From NCBI GenBank assembly GCA_009914755.4, contig CP068257.2:14080001-14144000 (forward strand): 64,000 bases of DNA, in the 5' to 3' direction. Each line of letters opens with the position of its first letter. Within the stretch, counting starts at the first letter, position 1. A program made the translations under genes and the position numbers. This document shows positions 14,100-27,929 of the stretch, one piece after another. Origin of the DNA: the human T2T-CHM13v2.0 reference genome, Homo sapiens. The notes below the pieces were generated by a model. The model searched no databases. It was not told the origin of the DNA and saw only the letters and a list, made by a program, of their open reading frames with translations.

Positions 14100-14550
14100 G
14101 AGACCACGCCTCATATTGTCTTATGCCCAATTTCTGCCCTCAAAGAAAGAAAAAGTAAAAACTAAAAGGCAGAAATGAAATCCACAAGCAGACAGCCCAG
14201 GGCCACACCCTGGGCCTGGTAGTTAAAGATCGACCCCTGACCTAATCAGTTATGTTATCTATAGATTACAGACATTGCACAGACACTGTGAAAATCCCGA
14301 TACTGTTTTGTTCAGATCTAATTACCGGTGCATGCAGCCCCCAGTCACATACCCCCTGCTTGCTCATTTGATCATGACCCTCTCACACGCACCCTCTTAG
14401 AGTTGTGAGCCCTTAAAAGGGACAGGAATTGCTCACCCCGGGAGCTCGGCTCTTGAGACAGGAGTCTTGCTGATGCCCCCAGCCGAATAAACCCCTTCCT
14501 CCTTTAACTCGGTTCTGAGGAGTTTTGTCTGCGGCTCGTCCTGCTACATC
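14100..14550 (+). mobile_element. Probable solitary ERV (class I-like) LTR; contains AATAAA (~14486) and terminates ...gtcctgctaca.
   Basis: LTR-like architecture (TG...CA termini, polyadenylation signal near the 3' end, ...gagctcggctcttgagacaggagtcttgctgatgcccccagccgaataaacccc...) resembling ERV1 LTR consensus ends; family not assigned. Confidence 0.5.
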
Positions 14551-16057
14551 ATGATTAAAAAGTTTTATGTATAATTTCAGTTTTTGTGCCTGTACTTTCA
14601 TTTTTTTTCCTGTACTAGCAAATACTTCCAATAAATATTGATTAGAAGTGATAACAATGAGTATTTTTTTGTTCTTGCTGATCTAAAAAGGCAGTTACCT
14701 ACTTTTGTACCTCATGCATTTCTGAAATATTTACATGTGTTAGTTGTGCAGATTTACAAAGTAGGTTCTGTTTAACTAAAAGATATTGTAGTATTTTCAG
14801 TCGTGATGCTTGCAGGTATTTTTTCTTTGGGTACTGGTGACCTTTGTTTAAGCTTTCACCCTAGGTATCCTGGGTGTGGTGGTGGAGGGGTGCTGGTAGT
14901 TTGTCAGTCTCTTCTCTGTCATCCTAGGAACTGTGAAGTCAGGCAGGGCACTTTTTTTTTGTATTAGTGGCCCTCACTAATTTCCTTCTCCAGGGGCCAC
15001 TCCACAATTGATTTCTGCCCTGATGTGCTTAGAGTAAGGTGTCTACAGGGTCTTTCTTCCCCTGACACTGGCATAATTTTACTCTCTAATGTCATAGAAT
15101 TGCTTTAAGCACTGACCTGCAGCAGTGGCCTGCCTTTTTCCTACAATATAATCACTGATTTTTGTTATGTTTGAAGGACCAAATTTGGCTTGTGAAAGTG
15201 AGTTTAGGAATGTCACTATATAATGTGAGCAAGTAGATGATGTGAAAGTTGAATTTATAAAAGGATGAGGCCTTGCATTTATTTTGGCAGACTTTAATTA
15301 ATTTCCAAGGACATCATCCTTGTCATGACATCTTGTTTTATGTATGTAGTAAGTAATTTTTCAGTTTTTCTCTTTTTTGCCCCTTGATTAACTCTGCTTC
15401 AGTACAGACCATCTGCTTTATTTTTAGTTTTTGGTTCTCTGAACTGCTGGATATTTTAAATGCCCAGCAATATTTTCCTTAGTCTTGTTACTATAGGTTT
15501 AGATCAGTTTCGTATAATATGGTTTTTATGGACTGTCTTAATTATCTGTAGTGCTTGCTAAAAGTGCAGACTTCTGTGCCTCACCCTAGACGTATTGTTT
15601 CAAGATGTTGAGGGTTGGGCTAAAGCCTGCTTAATAAGAATCGCAGATTATTCTTCTGCACTTAATGTTTGAGGATCACTGGTTGAAGTTAATTAGTATT
15701 CTTAAAGGTAAAAGTGCCTTGAGCACTGTGTAAATTGACTGCAGGGGTCCTTTAGGGATTGAATTATCACAATACACCAAATTTAATATGGAAGCAGGGT
15801 CTTTGAACGGACATTGTTTTTTTTTGTTTCAGGTGTTTCTCTCCATCAGTGCAGCAACATGTTTCCTTGTAGAGGAGCTGTCTCCTCCCTCAGGCTTTTC
15901 TGGCCAACATCTCTATGGAAACCCAAAGCTTCAGGTGGCTAGGTGGGATACTTGCCCCTCTTACTCCTGGAGGCACAAATAAGTTGAATCGATGGATTAA
16001 GGAGTTGGAAAGTGATTGTACATGCTAAAGTTGTAATCTTCCTGTTTCTTTCTGGCT

Positions 16058-16058
<1 letters not shown>

Positions 16059-16090
<32 letters not shown>
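16059..16090 (+). repeat. Poly-T tract, ~32 T.
   Basis: Read directly. Confidence 0.9.
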
Positions 16091-16091
<1 letters not shown>

Positions 16092-18479
16092 GTATGTGCG
16101 TGTGTATTTGTGTATGAATAATTCCTATAGGATTTTTTTGTGGGGGCTAACCATAGCATATGAAAACTTATGTACAACTTAAATATATTAAGATTAGTAT
16201 TCTTTGTACAATTTTAGACATGAAATAGAATATCTTATTGTCCTGGAAATTTCCTTTGTTCCTCATTCATACTGTCCCTCTTTTCTACACCACCCCCCAC
16301 CCCCACACTACTGCTATCTTGACTTTTTTCAAGTTAATGTTATCGTGGTATGATTTACACTGAAAGTGTGTAATTTGATGAATTTGGCCATACAGAACAT
16401 TTCTGTCACTCCACAAAATTTGTCCTGTATCACCTTTCTCATTAATTATCAACACCGTCATTATTTCAGGCAACTGTTGATCTGATTTTTATTACTGTAG
16501 ATCAGTTTTGGCTGTTCTGGGTCTTCACATCGATTTGTTTATACCAAATTTTTTTTTTTTCTCGCATCTGACTGCTTTTGCTCAGCAAAAAGCTTTTGAG
16601 ATTCACCCATGTTTTATTGCATGTATCAATATGTTTCTTTTTACTATGGAGTAATATTATATAAATATTCTCACATCTGTGTATTCATGTACCTTTTGAT
16701 GTACTTTTTTTTTTTTTTCCAGTTTTTTGACCCATATATAATGTTATGTGTACATTTGTAAGCAGGTCTTTGAGACGTATTTCTATTTCTCTTGGGCAAA
16801 TACATAGGTGTAGAATTGTTATAGTACTAAATTGTTATCCAAATTGATTGTATCATTGTACATTCTCATTAGCAATATAGGAGAATTTCAGGTGGTCTAC
16901 ATTTTTGCCAACACCTGGCATTTTTAATCTTTTATGTTTTAGCCATTTGGTGAATATGTGGTGTACCTCATTGTGGTAGTAATTGTATATTTCCCTAATG
17001 ACTAATGATTTTGGATGTCTTTCAAGTGCTTGTTGGCCAGTTTGAGGATGATTTTTTTTAACATTGCTTCTCATACATTATCCAGTTTTAACACTCCTAC
17101 ACGATAGGAATCACAGTAGCTGCATTCTTCCAAGTCTTAAAATGGCAAAAATGTCAGAGATGTAGCTAAAGGTAGAACACTCCAGGACCAAGTGCTAATA
17201 TGTTCACAAAACAAATTGAGATTGCACAATTTTTTTTGTTTGCTTGTTTAAACTAACACCTGATAAAAAGGTACATTGCTGAAAAATGGGAACTCATTTC
17301 TTCATCATGCCTCAAAGTAAATATTAAATTTATCTCTTTAACAATTAATTGCACACATACATGAGAAATCTTTATGATACATATTTTATTACACCGTGTA
17401 CAAAAATAATTTCACATTTTAGTTGGGTTGGAAGTTTGAAAAGAACATAGTGCAGTTGCAGGGGTGGGATGAACTGTGGTGAGGTAAGTAAATTGGACAG
17501 AAATTGGGCAGAAAGATACTTCCTTTTTTTTTTTTTTTAACAGTTTTTTATCTGTCTGAAGACAGGGAAGAAGAGGAATCTGAATTGGAAAACCCCCACT
17601 ATATCTGTTGGGTTTTTGTTGTTGCTGTTCAGTCTGGAAATGGGTGGTGTGTGGTGAGAGGTCATTAGGTCATCAGGGCAGAATTGTTTGCAGAGCTGGG
17701 AGCTACATCCTCACGGAAGTGGGATAGATGTGCTGGGGAGGGGTGTGCAGAGAGGAGCCAGGAATGATGTACCATTAGTGGCCAGGGCTTGTTATGGTAA
17801 CACCAATGTTGAAACCAACTGTGCATTCACATATACAAAAGTTTTGTGTCTTAATTCATGCCAGAATACATGCATAATCAAATGTCTCAGTTAAGGTGGA
17901 GCTACAGAAACACTGGGCTGAATGAAGTTCTGGGGTTTTCTTTGTCTTCGTGTGAGGCCTCTGGGCTGGGTCTGGGTGTCTGATCAAGAATGCCCTGAAG
18001 TTTTCCCATGGGGCTTTGGAGAACGGCTTTGGAGCTGGGCAGAGCTGAGGATGAGCACAGAAGAAAGGAAACGAGAAATGGTCCACTACCTGAGGTTTAA
18101 AATCCTCAATTTTTGGAGGGAAGAAGTGACACAAGATTTTATCGGTGCCACTTCACCAGCAAGAAACCTCTAAGGCCAGCAGTGCCTCTGCCCAGGCTTT
18201 GCTTACACTCACTGGGCTCGCTCTGCCTGCTCGGCCCAGCAGGGTGCTCTCAGCTGATCCCCAGCCCAGATCCCACGACCACTGCCACTCCGTGCTCAGC
18301 CCATGGCGGGACTGGGTATACCGCATGTGGCTTCCACAGCTGGACTCCAGCATTCAGATGAGGGGAACGTGGTGGAACCCAGAAACTCGGAGACGGCAGC
18401 AACCGTGGAGCCCCAAGGGGGTGTCATAGCTTCTGCCTGGGGAGTCCCGAGGTCTGAGCCACCAGGGAATGCCACAGCC

Positions 18480-18760
18480 CTCTCTTGTTCCTGCCGCTCA
18501 CAGCTCCCTGAATGGGGGTGTGTTAGAGCTTGTTTATTCCTGCTGCGCATGGCTTTGTGAATGGGGGTGTATTATGGTTCTAGTTCGAGGGTTCCTGATG
18601 TTTGGGCCCCCAGAGGGGTCGCGGCTCATCACTCCCATATTCCAGCAATTGGGAGTGTGTAACAGCTCTTTTCATGCCCACTGCCCACAGCTCCAGGAGC
18701 CAGCCAGGTGCGTGTTACAGCCGTTCTTTGTTCCCACCGTTTGGCGAGTTCTGGGTTTTT
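18480..18760 (+). repeat. Degenerate tandem array (~4-5 copies, ~45-55 bp unit, motif ...cacagctcc..gaatgggggtgtgttacagctcttt..attcctgc...) in a relatively GC-richer, Alu-free block (17650-19700).
   Basis: Repeated motif visible by eye (gaatgggggtgtgttagagc / gaatgggggtgtattatgg / caattgggagtgtgtaacagc / caggtgcgtgttacagcc). Confidence 0.4.
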
Positions 18761-19160
18761 GTCCAGTGACCAAGAATAATGAGGTACGTGGACACCAGAG
18801 AGTGAGGAAGGCAGAGAAGAATGTTATTGAGCAACAGAAAAGCTCTTGACAATGAGAGGGGACGTGAAGTGGATAGCCCTCTGTGTGAGGGGGCCCCAAA
18901 AGCTGGTAGCCATCTTTGCAGTTGAGTCCAGGGTTTTTTTAGGTTTGGAATGAGGAGATGTGGGCTGGAGGTAGCCTTGGAAAAGGCAACATTCAATTGG
19001 TTTAAAAGCATTATTCGGAAAGAACCAATTGGGAAAGAGTAGGCAAAAAGAAAAGTTTTCACTCCAGCTGTGGACTCTATCTATATCTAGAACAGGCAGC
19101 TTGGTAGGCTTTAAACTGTCTTTGGTTTGAAGGTCAGGTTTCACCAGGGACCTGTCCCTG

Positions 19161-19272
19161 CCTGCCTAGGAGTTGGTCTACTGTGGCGCCTGCCTAGGAA
19201 TTGGTCTACTGTGGCGCCTGCCTAGGAATTTGTCTACTGTCCCTGCCTGCCTGGGAATTTGTCTACTGTGGC
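19161..19272 (+). repeat. Minisatellite, ~30-bp unit (cctgcctaggaattggtctactgtggcg) x ~4.
   Basis: Read directly; units contiguous with few substitutions. Confidence 0.8.
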
Positions 19273-19744
19273 TATCAGAAACAGCTCTGCGCAGGCCTCC
19301 TGGGGTCAGTGGACACTCTCTTTACCAATTTTGGTAGCATCATGCAGATTTGCAGAACTGGCTTCTAGGCTTCTTCCCAAGTGAGGCAGGAATTGAAGTC
19401 ACTTAGAACAGTGGAACTTACAGAACTGACAGTGTTTCCATTCTTGCTGGGTGGCGCCAGGAGGAGAGCACCAGTGTACCTGAGCATGTCGAACTGTAGC
19501 AGAGTAGCTGAAAGCAGCATATAAGATGACCCTGGTCAGCTCTGTGGTTTCTATGGTGTAAAGTGGGTAGGGGTTTCAGGCCTTTGGGGTTACAGAGATC
19601 AGAGCCACTCCCTCAGGTCATGGGGTCCTGTGCTAGGAGGTGTGGTCCTAGGGCTGTGTGAACATTGGTGGGGTTTGCCATTACTTTATTTTTGTCCATC
19701 TTGGTGTTGGCTTAGGCAAACCTTAGGGTCTGCGTTTTTTTGTT

Positions 19745-19988
19745 GTTGTTGTTATTTTTGAGACAAAGGTCTCACCGTGTCACCCAGGCTGGAGTGCAGT
19801 GGTGCAATCTGGCTCACTGCAACCTCTGCCTCCTGGGTTCAAGTGATTGTCATGCCTCAGCATCCCACATAGCTGGGACTACAGGTACACGCCACCAGGC
19901 CTGGCTAATTTTTATGACGGGGTTTTGCCATGTTGGCCAGGCTGGTCTTGAACTCCTGACCTCAAGTGATCTTCCTGTCTCGGCCTCC
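19745..19988 (-). mobile_element. Alu, antisense, with internal deletions; preceded by (TTG)n/T-rich tail.
   Basis: Reverse-complement Alu body; see finding on the shared flank motif gggtctgc. Confidence 0.85.
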
Positions 19989-20000
19989 TAGGGTCTGCAG

Positions 20001-20305
20001 TTTTGTTGTTGTTGTTGTTTTGGGGCAGAGCTTCGTTCTTGTTGCCCAGGCTGGAGTGCAGTGGTGTGATCTCAGCTCACGGCAGCCCCCACCTCCCAGG
20101 TTCAAGCGATTCTCCTGCCCCAACCTCCTGAGTAGCTGGGACTACAGGTGCCTGCCACCACACCCGTCTAATTTTTGTATTTTTACTAGAGATGGGGTTT
20201 TCCATGTTGTCCAGGCGAGTCTTGAACTCCTGACCTCAGGTGATCCACCTGCCTCAGCCTCCCAAAGTGCTGGGATTACAGGCGTGAGCCACCGCACCCC
20301 GCCGG
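20001..20305 (-). mobile_element. Alu, antisense, full length, with (TTG)n/T-rich tail.
   Basis: Reverse-complement Alu consensus through ...ggcgtgagccaccgcaccccgccgg. Confidence 0.9.
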
Positions 20306-20877
20306 GTCTGCCGCTTTTGAATGAAAGTAAATGCTCTTCCAAGCATTTCTTGCATGAGCAGAAGAGTGTGTAGAATTCTCTCGGTTTGCTGTCTAAAGCA
20401 AGAGGGCTGACTGACCACTTTAGGGCCACGGCCTCCATCCCCGCCACTTCCCCTCCCTTCCCCTCCCTTCCCACTCCTTCTTTTCCTGAGTGCTGATGTT
20501 GTTCTGCCTTAAGCTTCTAAGCAGGGGCATCTTTTATGGTCGGGGGGAGGGAGGTGTGGGAGGCAGGCAGGGGATGTTGCAGGAGAGCTACTGATAACCC
20601 AGGGCCTCTGTCTTTTCCTTATTGACCATTTTTATGTCTTCTTTTTAACATGTTAAGATTATTTCCCAATTTCTTAGTTGGGTTATCTTCTTGCTGTTGA
20701 GTTGTAGGAATTCTTTATATTTTGGTTGTCTTTTATCATGTATATGTAATTACAAATACTTTCTCCCAATGTGTGGCTTGTATTTGCATTTTCTTAACAG
20801 TTTCTTTGAAGTTGAAGTATTTTAATATTGATTGTTTAATTTACTTTTATGGTTAGTACTTTAACCATTTTCTTTTT

Positions 20878-21190
20878 CTTTTTCTTTTCTTTTTTTTTTT
20901 TTTTTTTTGTGACGGAATTTCACTCTTATTGCCCAGGCTGGAGTGCAATGGCATGATCTCACTCACTGCAGCCTCCGCCTCCCTGGGTTCAAGCGATTCT
21001 TCTGCCTCAGCCTCCTGAGTAGCTGGGATTACAGGCATGCACCACCACGCTCAGCTAATTTTTGTATTTTTAGTAGAGACAGGGTTTCACCATGTTGGCC
21101 AGCCTGGTCTCGAACTCGCGACCTCAGGTGATCCGCCCGCCTCGGTCTCCCAAAGTGCTGGGATTACAGGCGTGAGCCACCACGCCCGGC
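20878..21190 (-). mobile_element. Alu, antisense, full length; TSD ctttaaccattttctt (20859-20874 and 21193-21208).
   Basis: Poly-T head, Alu body, TSD read directly. Confidence 0.9.
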
Positions 21191-21837
21191 TGCTTTAACC
21201 ATTTTCTTGAAACTTAGTTTGTAAATTTTTTCTCCCTGTGTTTTGTTCTAGAAGTTTTGCCATTTTAGGTTTACGATCCATTTGGAATTCATTTCTGTGT
21301 GTGTTCTGAGGTGTCACTAAGTCAAGGTTCATTTATTGCATGTGGAATCTAGTCCCAGCACCTACTTTTGAAAAAGCTGTCCTTTCATCATTGAATTATA
21401 TTGGTACCTTTATGGAAAATTAATTGATCATGTATGAGTGGGTTTATTTTTGAACTCAGTTCCTTTCTATCCTTATGTGGTGCCGTTCTTTCTTGATTAC
21501 TGTGGCTTTGAAATGTGCCTTGAAGTGGGTGAATGTAAATTCTTCAACTTTGTTCTTGTTAGAAATTTGTTTTGGCTATTCTAGAATTTTTTGTATTTCC
21601 ATATACAATTCTGAGGTACTTTGAACAGTTGGACAAAGAGCCTTCTGGGGTTTCTGAGTAGGATTGTGTTGGATGTATGGATTCTTTCTGACTGTTTGGA
21701 CATCTTTACAGTATTTTAGCCTTTCAATCCAAGAACACATATATTTCTCCATTTATTTAGGTTTTGTTTTTTAACGGTTTAAAGGTCTTTGCATATCTTT
21801 TGTTACAGTTGACTTTTTTGATGCTATTGTAAGTGGT

Positions 21838-22111
21838 ATTTTTTATTTTTATTTTTATTTTTTTTGAGACGCAGTCTCACTTTCACTGCAACCGCCGCCT
21901 CCCAGGTTCAAGCGATTCTCCTGCCTCAGCCTCCCTAGTAGCTGGGACTACAGGTGTGTGCCACCACACCCGGCTAATTTTTTGTATTTTTAGTAGAGAT
22001 GGAGTTTCACTGTGTTATAGCCAGGATAGTCTTGATCTCTGGACAGCATGATCCACCAGCCTCGGCCTCCCAAAGTGCTGGGATTACAGTTGTGAGCCAC
22101 TGCACCCTGCC
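21838..22111 (-). mobile_element. Alu, antisense, with ~35-bp internal deletion in the left arm; TSD agtggt(a)tttt.
   Basis: Reverse-complement Alu body. Confidence 0.9.
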
Positions 22112-22818
22112 AGTGGTTTTTAGTTTTTATTCCAATTGTTTTTTGCTGGTATATAGAATGTGGTTGATTTTTCTGTATGAAGCTTGTATCTGCGACTTTG
22201 CGAAATTCACTTATTCTAATAAATGTATTTACCACTTTTATTCATTTTAAAAATTGTGCTTTTTGGGGTATTCTCTAAAATGTTTAATAGAAGTGGTAAT
22301 GACAGACATCTTTGTCTTGTTCCCGATTTTGTATGGAAAGCAGTCTTTTACTACTAAGTATGGTTTTAGTTGTTGCACTTCTTATTTTGTTAAAAATGTG
22401 TTATTGTTAATTTATACTTCTAGATATACTACAGCTTAACCATTCTACAGTTAAACTATTTGTTTATATATCTTTTTATATATTTATGGTCCACTGTGAT
22501 TCTTTTCTGTGAAATTGACATTTGTTTCTCTTGCCTGTTTTTTCTTTTGGGCTATTTATCTTTTTCTTTATGATTTGAGGTAGTTCTTTATGGTTTAGAT
22601 ACTACTTTTGTTTTTCTATTTACAATAGTCCACGTTTACTCTCATGGAATGTGTTCCAAGACCCCCAGTGGATGCCTGAAACTGTGGCTAGTATTGAACC
22701 ATTTATAGAGTATATTTTGAAAGAGACTACATTCACATAACATACTGTATATGTTTTCAAAATATTTGAAATAGTATACCATATATAGTATGGTTCAGTA
22801 CTATATAGAATATAGTAT

Positions 22819-22954
22819 ATATAGTTTTTTCTTATCTATATATACCTGTGATAAAGTTTAATTTATAAATTAGACACTATATAACTATATAGTACATATA
22901 GTTTTTTTCCTATATATAGTATCTACCTGTGATAAAGTTTAATTTATAAATTAG
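22819..22954 (+). repeat. AT-rich tandem duplication (~78-bp unit x2: ...atatagtttttt(c)ttatctatatata(c)ctgtgataaagtttaatttataaattag).
   Basis: Read directly. Confidence 0.6.
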
Positions 22955-23697
22955 GTAATTTATAAATTAGTAGAGACTAACAACAATAACTAGTAATGAA
23001 ATAGAACAACTATGATAATATAATGTTGTGTGAATGTAGTCTTTTTCAAAATATCCGATAACTGAGATGGCTGCTGACTACTAAGTGGGTAGTATACACA
23101 GTGTGGATATGTTGGACAAAGGGAAGATTCATGTTGTGGGTGGCATGGAGTGAGATTTCATTATGCACAGCACTCAGTCAGAATAGTGCACAATTTAAAA
23201 CATCGTTTCTGGAACTTTTCATATTTTTGGACTACGCTTGATCATTGGTAACTGAAACTTCAAAAAGTGAAACGAGATAAGGGGAAACTACTGTATATGT
23301 TTTGCAAATATTTTCTGTTTTCACGATGTCTTTTTATTCTCTTTATGTACTTTCATGAGTAGACATTTTTATTTTTAATTTAGTTTCATGTATAATTAGC
23401 TTCCTTTAATATTTGAACTTCCATGTCCTGTTTCACAAAGATAGTCTCATTTATTGCCCTCTAAGTGTTTTCTTAATTTGTCTTCATGCAGGGTTTAAGT
23501 TTCATTCCACTTGGGTTTGATTTTTGCATGTTGTTTGAGTAGATGTCAGAATTTTTCCCCTCTGGAGAACCAGCGACTTTATTGAACAGTTCCTCCTTCC
23601 CATTAATACTCTGCCTGACAACAGTATGTATACTTTTTAAATTCTTCAGTTGGGACCATTGTAAAGAAAAACAGGTGTCAGGAACTTTCGCCCTTGA

Positions 23698-24013
<316 letters not shown>

Positions 24014-25595
24014 CCAAATTAAAATATTTTTATTATGGTTTTACTGAAACTTGTTTAAATATAAACTAGGCATACATTTATTATGTTCTGTTGGGTAGCT
24101 CTTATGTAATAAGATGAAAAACCAACTACTAACTTAAAGGTAACCAAAACTACAAAACTGGAGAAATTCAGAATAAAAAGGTTAGCTTAATTTGACAGAT
24201 GGCAGTGTTTTGCAGAAGCTAATTTGGCATTTGTGGCTTCAACTAAGGAAATCGGTATATGTATTTCAGGATATTGTAATATGTTAAGCTTTTGGAAGTA
24301 AATTTTATTTCTGTTGTCAACTATACTGCATTTCTGACTTGATACCTAATTAATAACCATTATTGTAGAGTGAGTGGTATTTTTGGTCTTTTTATTGTAA
24401 AACTGTAACAGATATGCTCTCAAGTGTGTTTTTTTTTTTAATTTTTTTTTCTTAAGCTATAGCTCAGTAAATGCCGATATTTCCATGTTGAACTGAACAG
24501 GTTGTGTGATTTAATGTAGAGCAGGATACACTTGCTGTGAATAAGAGGTAACAATTATAGCTTACCTATAAGTTAGCGCCAAATAAATATTCATCAGAAC
24601 TTGTGAGTACTTTGCCTTGTGTACATATTTGAGTGCCTGGGCAATCAAGAGAGTGACATACTATGCAGCGTGATAACTGCTTTTGTAGACATTGTGAAAT
24701 AGTATTCTTATACTGAAGTAATAATTGTATTCTAAATATTGCTTTATTGCTAGTATGTGTTTCTGCTTATCTGTGGGAATTTTCCAAGGTTTGTCTTTGA
24801 TTTTCTGATTTCTTTGCAAGCTTTACCTTTGAGAGATTATATATTTTCCGAGTCATATATGTTCATTACTATCAAGTATGTGTATTGAAAATAAGTGTAA
24901 TGTTACATCTTCACATAAATTCTAGTTTTAGGTTTTCAATTGCATGTGTACATTTCTGCTTAGTCATCACTCAGTATCATGACCGTTCATTTATGTATTC
25001 TTTGTTTTAAGCAGACTGAGAAATAGATAACATACAAAAAGCTTTTAAATTGGTAGTGGCTAGAGCCAGAGGTGCACAGATAATATTGAAAGTTAAATAA
25101 AGTATTTGTAGGTAGAACTAAGAGGATCTAGGAAGACTAGGAAAGATCTTATAAAGGAGGTAATAGCTGAAATAAACTGTTGAAGATTTGTAGGCAGGTC
25201 GAAGTGTTATTCCAAGTAAAGAGAAGTCTATGAGCAAGGGACAAATCTTCAATGATTTAGTGCCTTCTGTTATCTACACATGGTTTTATTTGGCTGAGTG
25301 TGATATAATAATAAATATTTGGTCTTTTTCCCTTGTTCCTGGCATGGAGCCCCTAAAGCCTTTGGAATTTACTCTCTAGTCTGTGCTAATCAGATGAGTG
25401 GCGTGGGTCTGGGTGTTTGGGGAGGAGAGGCTGTGTAGCTTCCACTTCAGGGTGGGTACTCTTTACCACTGTAGTTAGAGGGTGAGAACTTTCAACCCCA
25501 GTCCAGCATCCGGGGAGGGAAGAGGGGCTGCAGATTGAGCCCAATCACCAATGGCCAATGATTTAATCAATTATACTTTAATGAAATCTCCAGTG

Positions 25596-25596
<1 letters not shown>

Positions 25597-25630
<34 letters not shown>
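25597..25630 (+). repeat. (GT)n microsatellite (~16 units) immediately abutting the poly-T tail of the next Alu.
   Basis: Read directly. Confidence 0.9.
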
Positions 25631-25631
<1 letters not shown>

Positions 25632-25944
25632 TTTTTTTTTTTTTTTTTTTTTCCTTGAGACAGAGTCTCACTCTGTTGCCCAGGCTGGTGTGTAGGAGTG
25701 AAGTGGCACAATCTTGGTTCACTGCAACCTCCGTCTCCCTGGTTCAAGCAATTCTTCTGTCAGCCTCCTGAGTAGGCTGGACTACAGGTGCATGCCACCG
25801 CGCCTGGCTAATTTTTGTATTTTTAGTAGAGATGGAGTTTCACCATATTGGTCAGGCTGGTCTTGATCTCCTGACCTCAGGTGATCCACCCGCGAAAGGC
25901 TCCCAAAGTGCTGGGATTACAGGCATGAACAATTGTGCCCGACC
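25631..25944 (-). mobile_element. Alu, antisense, with ~22-nt poly-T tail.
   Basis: Reverse-complement Alu body. Confidence 0.9.
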
Positions 25945-26028
25945 CCTTATATCCTTTTAATAAGTGTTCAGTAAATAGTAGTTCTATGATAATGCTCAGC
26001 GTATATGGTTAACTTTTTCCCCTAATTC

Positions 26029-26333
<305 letters not shown>

Positions 26334-27358
26334 TTTTTTTCTCTTAAAACTGTAGAATTATATTATTAATACACTGTTAGTATACAGAAATTGTTTTCAA
26401 GGAATTTGTTTCAGGGTCCAGTGAGGACAAAGAAAGGACAAAAAGTAGAACAAAGGAGATTTGGTGTAAAGAAGTATTGACTAGGAACAGATGATTGGCT
26501 GCTAGAGGGTAAAGAGAACTCTAAAGTAAGAAATGAATTTGGGAGAGGCCCTTCAGAAGCCCCAAGACTCTGAGAGATTGGGTTCTTGTTGGAGAGGTTG
26601 TGAATGGAGCCCACTGGATGGCAGAGCAGTTTATAGAAGTGCTGTAGCTTGGGACATTCCTGCCAGTAGCTCTTTTGAAGTGGTGTAGAGTATGTGCTTT
26701 ATCGTATCTAGATGAATGGAGTTTCCAAGAGACCATAGGACATATTATATAAGTAATTAGCATGACCAAAAACTGTATTTGCTTTAAAGAATTGTGACAA
26801 ATATAACTGCTAGGAATTATATAGTATTCCAGTTTCAGAGTTCTACTTAGAGCACGTTTATTTTGTTTTATTAGTATAAGGGAGTTTATTTTTGGATTAT
26901 AAGCTAATTAGGCAAACAAGTACAGAAACTAGAGATGCATAAAGATTTAATTGGACAAGAGAGCTATAATAGGAATCTGATTATTAGCATCAACAAGTTA
27001 AATACATATTTTATTTAAACTGCAGACATAGTGATTTAAGGATATGATTTGATTCATAAAAGTTTTGTTTACCTACTTGTTTTCCAGAATATAGGCACTC
27101 TAATTTAAAAACAGACTGTGTTCCAAAAGATTTTGCAAGTTGGGTTTTTGGAACTGAAAATACATGTTCCCATAGAAACCATGTTTCCTGGTGGTGTGTT
27201 CTTATTTAGAAATGTAACTCTGTGTGAACTTAGCTTATAGTGCTGAGTAACAGTATTTTTTGGGAGAAATACATTTAGAGTTTCTACTCATGATGTATTT
27301 ATTTTATCTACTAATTAATAGGGATGGGGAATACTCTTTTACATTGTAATTAAAAAAA

Positions 27359-27929
<571 letters not shown>

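Noticed and set aside
18113-18849. Cluster of 80-126-aa ORFs in all frames within the GC-richer block of intron 1.
   Set aside because: Mutually overlapping ORFs in every frame with no Kozak or splice evidence is what moderately GC-rich non-coding sequence produces; treated as a possible regulatory or repeat block instead.
19161-19272. Regularly spaced 30-bp direct repeats (and 33-bp repeats at 48227-48340), considered briefly as a CRISPR-like array.
   Set aside because: The sequence is primate nuclear DNA; units are contiguous with no unique spacers, i.e. ordinary minisatellites. No cas-like genes or any prokaryotic gene organisation is present.
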